Shown one piece after another: positions 58,954-64,000 of a stretch of DNA of 64,000 nt. Each line of letters begins with the position of its first letter. Within the stretch, counting starts at the first letter, position 1. Under the pieces are notes generated by a model that was not told the DNA's origin, searched no databases, and saw only the letters and a program-made list of their open reading frames with translations. The translations under genes were made by a program, and so were the position numbers. Source of the stretch: a virus (Duplodnaviria > Heunggongvirae > Uroviricota > Caudoviricetes); IMG/VR virus record IMGVR_UViG_3300044929_000080; one strand, 5' to 3'.

Positions 58954-60150
58954 TTAAATGGTTGGAAATACCTCCATTTGCATCCGAACGCCATTAACAC
59001 TCACCAAATTGCCCTCATAATACCATTCAACACAGTGTCCTTCTAATGACGATGGCGGCTGAAGCTTGCGGGCTAACCGATTGATCACATCGATGGGTAC
59101 GGTTGCTTTACGTTCATGATTTTGTTTCATCAAACGCGATGGCTCTACTTCCAAATATACGATTTTGATCCGCGCATTATAATCCCGCAAAAGTCGTGTA
59201 ATTTTTTCTCTGTTTAATTTCGTAACGTTCACCGCGTTCCAAACAAAATCTCTAGACGCTCGCAAGTGCTTACGAGCTTCCTCCAAACCTGCCTGAATGA
59301 TCTTGCCCTGGTTCCCAGAAGGATCGATATCAAGGTCTTCTCGCAGTCGATCCAGACTGACAACTGGAAGACCACTAAGATTTTGAGATATCCATGTATC
59401 CTTACCTGTTCCAGGCAACCCGCAAACCAGAGTTACTTCACATCGATAATCCTCATGTGCCTCATACCATGGGCTACGGTCATCCTTTTCAAAATATGCA
59501 AATCGACTTTCGTCGTTTGCGAATTCAAATGGACGATCCAGGACACCCATTTCTAAAAACACCTCCTTCGAGAGATCAATCTTTAGCAACAACTCAGAAA
59601 GATCATGACAAATACGCCCTCTTGCATCTGCTTCTGCGTGCGCAAGTAGCTGAGAGGAAGTGGCCGCCAATGAATATTGGCATGCCATTTTGGATGCATT
59701 ATCGCGCTCATATAGCCAAAACGGCAACTGATGTGCACTGATGATCGAGCAAATTTCTTCACGAAGAACAAGATCAAAGCCAGCAGACCGCATTAAATCG
59801 CGGGCAATTGCAGCTCCAAGCTTGGAATGGCCAACCGAAGATACGCGGCCGTTTTCATCCACTTCAGTTGTTCCTGGCTTACCAATGTCATGAAAAACCG
59901 CAGCCCAAAACATCTTGAACTGGTCATCGTCCGACATCGCCTTCCATGCTTTACCATCGACAAGTTGCTCTAGAACCATTCTGGTATGTGTCGCCACATC
60001 ACCTTCCGCGTGAAAGATTTTGTCCTGAAGACAAAATTTCAACTCACGAAGCTCATCGCATAAATTCTCGATTGCATTCCAATCGAAATATAGCCTGTCA
60101 GGCGATGGTGTTAATGCCCTTAAATCAGGCAATGTAAAATTGCGATTCAT
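58954..60150 (-). CDS. HD-Pnk-type RNA end-healing enzyme (N-terminal HD phosphohydrolase + C-terminal T4 Pnk-like 5'-OH polynucleotide kinase)
   Basis: HD motif AVFHDIGKPG. Kinase P-loop VCGLPGTGKDTWISQN (compare T4 Pnk GCPGSGKSTWAREF) and KATVPIDVINRLARKL (compare T4 Pnk KAVPIDVLRSMYKSM). Confidence 0.8.
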   Translation of the reverse strand: MNRNFTLPDLRALTPSPDRLYFDWNAIENLCDELRELKFCLQDKIFHAEGDVATHTRMVLEQLVDGKAWKAMSDDDQFKMFWAAVFHDIGKPGTTEVDENGRVSSVGHSKLGAAIARDLMRSAGFDLVLREEICSIISAHQLPFWLYERDNASKMACQYSLAATSSQLLAHAEADARGRICHDLSELLLKIDLSKEVFLEMGVLDRPFEFANDESRFAYFEKDDRSPWYEAHEDYRCEVTLVCGLPGTGKDTWISQNLSGLPVVSLDRLREDLDIDPSGNQGKIIQAGLEEARKHLRASRDFVWNAVNVTKLNREKITRLLRDYNARIKIVYLEVEPSRLMKQNHERKATVPIDVINRLARKLQPPSSLEGHCVEWYYEGNLVSVNGVRMQMEVFPTI

Positions 60151-60339
60151 TATTTATTGCCCATAAAAAGTTTTATAACCGTTTTAGCAAAAATAGAATT
60201 CAATTCAAGTAATTTGGACAAAATAGCCGTATCGTCATAATTTTTATTAACGGCACTCACGACTGGAAGAAAACACCCATTGATTTGCTACCTGCGTGCT
60301 TATATTGCATTCTGGACTGATAAATCGTGGAAACAGATC

Positions 60340-60903
60340 ATGAATAAACCTGTATCATGGGGCAGCTTCGATCCTGAGTTCATCAATGAGCTTTCTAAAT
60401 GGATAGATGGTCGCTCAGTTCTTGAAGTTTTCGCCGGAAACGGGTTCTTATCAAAACTTCTGGCCGATAAAGGAGTGAACATCAAAGCAACTAGTTTGCT
60501 TTCCGGTCATGATGGACATCAATATGGCATGCAATTTGATGTTGAGGAACTCGATGCGTCCAGTGCAATCAAGTCATACGGAGATACCTCAGAAATCCTG
60601 CTCATGTCTTGGCCAGTGGCGTCAGAGGCTGCCACAAAAGCCGCTTTGCTATGGGGACACGAAAGGCCTATCGTCTTTATTGGCGAAGTTACAAATCATG
60701 ACTTAGGTTTTGGTGGTTTAGGAGGATGCGCAAGCGATTTGTTTTTCGAGCTAACGAATGAAGGCAAGGTATTCAATGCATATAAACCACGTAACATGAT
60801 CGAACGCGCCGCCATCCGCTTTGTCGATCCTGAATATGCCCTAAAAATTGATCCAAGCTATCAATCCAGAAAACAGAAAGACACCAAAACACTTGAACCA
60901 TGA
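60340..60903 (+). CDS. hypothetical protein, possible Rossmann-fold methyltransferase-like
   Basis: VLEVFAGNGFLSKLLADKG resembles SAM-binding motif I (weak); track ORF starts 60280. Confidence 0.35.
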   Translation: MNKPVSWGSFDPEFINELSKWIDGRSVLEVFAGNGFLSKLLADKGVNIKATSLLSGHDGHQYGMQFDVEELDASSAIKSYGDTSEILLMSWPVASEAATKAALLWGHERPIVFIGEVTNHDLGFGGLGGCASDLFFELTNEGKVFNAYKPRNMIERAAIRFVDPEYALKIDPSYQSRKQKDTKTLEP

Positions 60904-60966
60904 ATTAAGGTCTTGAGATTAGGCAACTTGCAGCGTAAGCAAAATCATCATTCAAGCAAAGCGGTT

Positions 60967-61605
60967 ATGATGCACTGGTCAGAAGTCCCGATCCCGGATC
61001 GTATGCAACATCTTTCACGTGACAAACGTGGTTTACCGATACCTGCCAACGTGTTGATTGACCGTGACGGAAAACCACATTTTACGATCAATGACCATAA
61101 TCTGCGTAACAAGCACATCAAGGAGCAACTTTGCGCTATTTGCGGCAAGAAGCTTCTGCGAGGAAGATGGTCAGTTGGCGGGCCAGCAAGCGCACTGACA
61201 CGAGATGGCGTTTATTACGATACTCCGCTACATTACGAATGCGCTCGATATGCATTGCAAGTCTGTCCGTATCTTGCAATGCCGAGATATGCAAAACGCA
61301 TTGACGCAAGGACGCTGGATGAAAGCAAGCTAGACAATCACTTGGCGTTATTCGTCGACCCCACACAGATCGAAAAAAGGCCACCAGTTTTCGTAATGGT
61401 CATGCATATTGGGGAAACGTATTCCTATAATAAAATGGGCGAAGTTCAGTATATCAAGCCGAAAAGACCTCATAGGAGATACGAATTCTGGGCTGAAGGA
61501 ACCCAGCTTTCCAACGAAGAAGGCATGACGATTTCCTTGAAACATATCGAAGATCTCAAAAAAGAGCACCCCGACATGTTCAGAGATACTAACGCAAATG
61601 GTTAA
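60967..61605 (+). CDS. hypothetical Cys-containing protein
   Basis: Track start is TTG (60913); the first ATG (MMHWSEV) is preferred. Confidence 0.4.
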   Translation: MMHWSEVPIPDRMQHLSRDKRGLPIPANVLIDRDGKPHFTINDHNLRNKHIKEQLCAICGKKLLRGRWSVGGPASALTRDGVYYDTPLHYECARYALQVCPYLAMPRYAKRIDARTLDESKLDNHLALFVDPTQIEKRPPVFVMVMHIGETYSYNKMGEVQYIKPKRPHRRYEFWAEGTQLSNEEGMTISLKHIEDLKKEHPDMFRDTNANG

Positions 61606-61970
61606 GGGAAAGAGGGCTGAGGCATCTCATAAGGTTCGAATAAACTAGCTTCGACAGCCTGCGTTAGCACCAGTTTACCTGGTAAACCATGCGGCGAACT
61701 TATCTCCTCATCAATTGTTTCACCGATCCCGTCCTCTGGATCGACTTTGAGTATCGAATACGGGACATCCTTCAACTCCAGAACGGTTTCCGATCCCTTC
61801 TCATTAGCAAACCAGAGTGCATCTTCTGGGTGCGTTGTCAGATAGAGGTACCGCGATTGTCCGCACTGGCTTCCAGAAGCAAAGCTGTTCGGATGCCAGC
61901 CATTTTGGGTCAGGAGGGCCGCGCTTTCCAACGTGGTGCCATGGTAAAGGTTGATCGTCTTCTCGGTCAT
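61602..61970 (-). CDS. small protein with possible ADP-ribosyltransferase-like H-Y-E signature
   Basis: LYHGTTLESA (H-G-T), SRYLYLT (aromatic-rich strand), acidic DPEDGIGE; weak assignment. Confidence 0.35.
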   Translation of the reverse strand: MTEKTINLYHGTTLESAALLTQNGWHPNSFASGSQCGQSRYLYLTTHPEDALWFANEKGSETVLELKDVPYSILKVDPEDGIGETIDEEISSPHGLPGKLVLTQAVEASLFEPYEMPQPSFP

Positions 61971-62902
61971 CGTTTTGGCCCTCCATTGCAGTCGACCCTT
62001 CGATACCGATGCAGAAGGTCAGAAACCGACACTGACGACGAAGCCCATATACGTGCAATATCGATTTCTTCTATATCAAACGGCTTCTGTGAGTTGATCA
62101 GATACTCGCCGTCACTGCCAAGATCAGCGCGCAATGTCCTATCACGACCATAAATGGTCGTAAGATCGCCTCTTATTCTGAGAACGGGAATGTCAGAAAT
62201 GCTCTCAGCCTCTGGAATAATAGCGAGCAGATGTTCCTGAGCATTGGAAACATTGTATCGAGCCAGTTCGAAATGCGGCTCGATCAGAATAAAAGCATCT
62301 GGCACATCGGGATGACGATACGCCTTGAACACGCAAACACCAGCTTCATGGGTCATGTTGCCGAGTTCCTGCCGCCAAGGGTCAACTCCGTCTTCGTTAT
62401 CTTCCCTCATTAAGCCGAAGACCGACTTTCCAGCTTTCGGCATCTTCCCAAACCGGATGTAAATCCAATCCTTCATTTCGGGGGTGTAGGCGACCGTTCG
62501 GCCATAGAAACCTTCATTCTCCAGATCGGAAACCCGATCTAGCTCAACTTCAATGGCAGCATACTCTTCGTCACTGATAGAGGTGGCTTCTGCATCCCAT
62601 TTAACATGCAGTTCACCTTGTCTACGTGCGAGTTCCGGTATTCCGAGAGACGGAAGCTCGAACCAATGATCGAGGGAACCGTCATTGGTAAAGGCGTTCG
62701 CATGAAATACATGACGAACATATCCAGCAGCAGATTTGATTTCCCAATAAGTTTCATCTTTTTTGTTTTCAGCAGCCGCTAAATAATAATTGACCGCCTG
62801 CTCTGACAGAGCCTCTGCAATAACATTGTTATCGAATTCGCTTTTAATCGAATAAATGTTTTCGCGGTCGTCGTTTGTCAGAGCCATGTCGGCGAACCTC
62901 AC
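61967..62902 (-). CDS. hypothetical protein (311 aa)
   Basis: Overlaps downstream ORF by 4 nt. Confidence 0.5.
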   Translation of the reverse strand: MRFADMALTNDDRENIYSIKSEFDNNVIAEALSEQAVNYYLAAAENKKDETYWEIKSAAGYVRHVFHANAFTNDGSLDHWFELPSLGIPELARRQGELHVKWDAEATSISDEEYAAIEVELDRVSDLENEGFYGRTVAYTPEMKDWIYIRFGKMPKAGKSVFGLMREDNEDGVDPWRQELGNMTHEAGVCVFKAYRHPDVPDAFILIEPHFELARYNVSNAQEHLLAIIPEAESISDIPVLRIRGDLTTIYGRDRTLRADLGSDGEYLINSQKPFDIEEIDIARIWASSSVSVSDLLHRYRRVDCNGGPKR

Positions 62903-63249
62903 ATCTTCGGTGCAGGAGTATCCTGCACGGAGGTGACAGGTTGAGTGTCATTCAGGTTCGAAAAGATGCTATGGCCGTCTTTGACATCAGCCGCCAAATC
63001 CTCAGGCGTAGAATAAGCGGTAACATCGACGCTACGGCTACGCCCCATAGCTGCCTCAACCCACATTGCAAGGCTCGAAGTGTCTTCAATGTCATTTTCG
63101 TCATCTTCAAACTCAACGACAACCACAGCTACTTTCTTGACCATTTGTTCTCTCCCTAATTTAACGAAAATCATTATAGATGGAACGGCACGCATAAAAC
63201 GAACACAACCAGTCGTCCCTTGCAATGCGGCCACCAATAATCCATGCAT
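62899..63249 (-). CDS. small acidic hypothetical protein (116 aa)
   Basis: Overlaps downstream ORF by 4 nt (coupling). Confidence 0.35.
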   Translation of the reverse strand: MHGLLVAALQGTTGCVRFMRAVPSIMIFVKLGREQMVKKVAVVVVEFEDDENDIEDTSSLAMWVEAAMGRSRSVDVTAYSTPEDLAADVKDGHSIFSNLNDTQPVTSVQDTPAPKM

Positions 63250-63627
63250 GTGTTAAGGAGAATAAGCATGCAGTGGATTGAGCAATTGAACGACACTGAA
63301 CGCAAAGCGATCCTTGCGGCTACAAGCCATTCCACCATTGATTTCGATTTCATTTTATCGGACACAGAATTCACTGTCGCAGAAAAAATCTTTAATGATC
63401 TAGACAGAGTACAGAATAGCGAAATTCCGGCTGGATACGCAGTCGTCATTCCAGAAAGCCATCACAGGGCGATTTGGGCTGCCACATGCGCCTCCGTCAA
63501 CGATATTCACGCCCCTGTCGACAATCTAAGTGGCGAGCAATGGGATCAGCTGGATACGGTTCATAACGTCATCAACATGTGGGGCCGTGAAGTGGAAGAA
63601 CCCGCTGATGCCCTAGCAATGCGATAA
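63244..63627 (+). CDS. hypothetical protein (127 aa)
   Basis: AAGGAG RBS (gttaaggagaataagcATG). Confidence 0.45.
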   Translation: MHVLRRISMQWIEQLNDTERKAILAATSHSTIDFDFILSDTEFTVAEKIFNDLDRVQNSEIPAGYAVVIPESHHRAIWAATCASVNDIHAPVDNLSGEQWDQLDTVHNVINMWGREVEEPADALAMR

Positions 63628-63632
63628 TTGAC

Positions 63633-64000
63633 ATGGAAATCGCTGAATGGGAAAAACGTATCGAAGCCATCCACGAGGAGTTCTACGAGCAGATCGTCGG
63701 GACTACTGAATGCGGACCATTTGACGGCGGATGCGTTGTCACAGCACAGGCACTGCAGAAAGTCATCGGTGGTGAGATCATGGTTCTGATCAGGTCAAAT
63801 GACCGGGCTGATCACGCAGTCGTCCTAAAAGATGACCTTCTTTGGGATTTCGACGGTCCACTGCCTGCAGATGCCTTCATTCAGCGGTTCAATGCCACGG
63901 AACTGTCAGGCATGCCGTTCCAATGTATCCGATACCGCCCTATCCGTGACGCTGATCTCGATAAGGCTTATAGAGGCGACGAGCTAGTGGAAAAGCTGGA
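63633..64000 (+). CDS. hypothetical protein, 3'-truncated at window end
   Basis: Open frame from ATG (MEIAEWEKRIEAIHEEF...) to window edge without stop; not in supplied track. Confidence 0.35.
   Translation, partial: MEIAEWEKRIEAIHEEFYEQIVGTTECGPFDGGCVVTAQALQKVIGGEIMVLIRSNDRADHAVVLKDDLLWDFDGPLPADAFIQRFNATELSGMPFQCIRYRPIRDADLDKAYRGDELVEKL

Noticed and set aside
1-64000. CRISPR array, IS element or prophage integration signature
   Set aside because: No spaced direct-repeat arrays, terminal inverted repeats with transposase, or integrase gene were seen. The only repeats are short (8-14 bp) intergenic palindromes and the coding low-complexity tract at 17572..17730.

Overview
This 64 kb window (about 45% GC, AT-rich intergenic spacers) is densely coding, with roughly 70 plausible CDS on both strands. 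I found no rRNA, tRNA, CRISPR array, IS element, integrase or phage structural gene.

About one third of the ORFs carry recognisable motifs:
- AAA+ ATPase (1..1434)
- LemA plus M48/HtpX-like peptidase pair (5846..7465)
- beta-CASP/RNase J-like MBL nuclease (9145..10698)
- DsbB-like protein (10768..11313)
- SPFH/band-7 protein (11433..12392)
- alphaproteobacterial-type AddB-AddA helicase-nuclease pair (21778..27793)
- seryl-tRNA synthetase (32099..33391)
- three calcineurin-like metallophosphoesterases
- ParB/Srx-like protein (34076..34618)
- AbiEii-like nucleotidyltransferase (41086..41949)
- DprA (43341..44381)
- SAM-dependent methyltransferase (44964..45794)
- M50 site-2 protease (54403..55380)
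- HNH-endonuclease/polynucleotide-ligase fusion (52145..53176)
- HD-phosphohydrolase/T4-Pnk-like kinase fusion (58954..60150)

The rest are ORFans, and several sit in tandem paralog sets:
- two 711/750-aa proteins sharing an N-terminal module with different repeat-rich C-termini
- a two-gene paralog pair at 37143..38262
- a three-member family of C-terminal-hairpin membrane proteins at 3401..5827

Most interesting candidates:
1. A dispersed RNA end-healing/sealing gene set (HD-Pnk, HNH-ligase fusion, metallophosphoesterases).
2. A four-gene operon with translational coupling and a terminator (17349..21457): TelA-like protein, a protein with one N-terminal membrane segment, a coiled-coil protein with a Gly/Ser tail, and a small membrane protein.
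3. The paralogous giant proteins at 12591..17047.
4. A DnaJ-type zinc-finger membrane protein immediately downstream of addA.
5. An AAA+ operon with tail-anchored membrane proteins.

The replicon type (chromosome, megaplasmid or jumbo phage) cannot be decided from this window. ORF coordinates follow the supplied track. Non-ORF coordinates were hand-counted and may be off by 1-2 nt.
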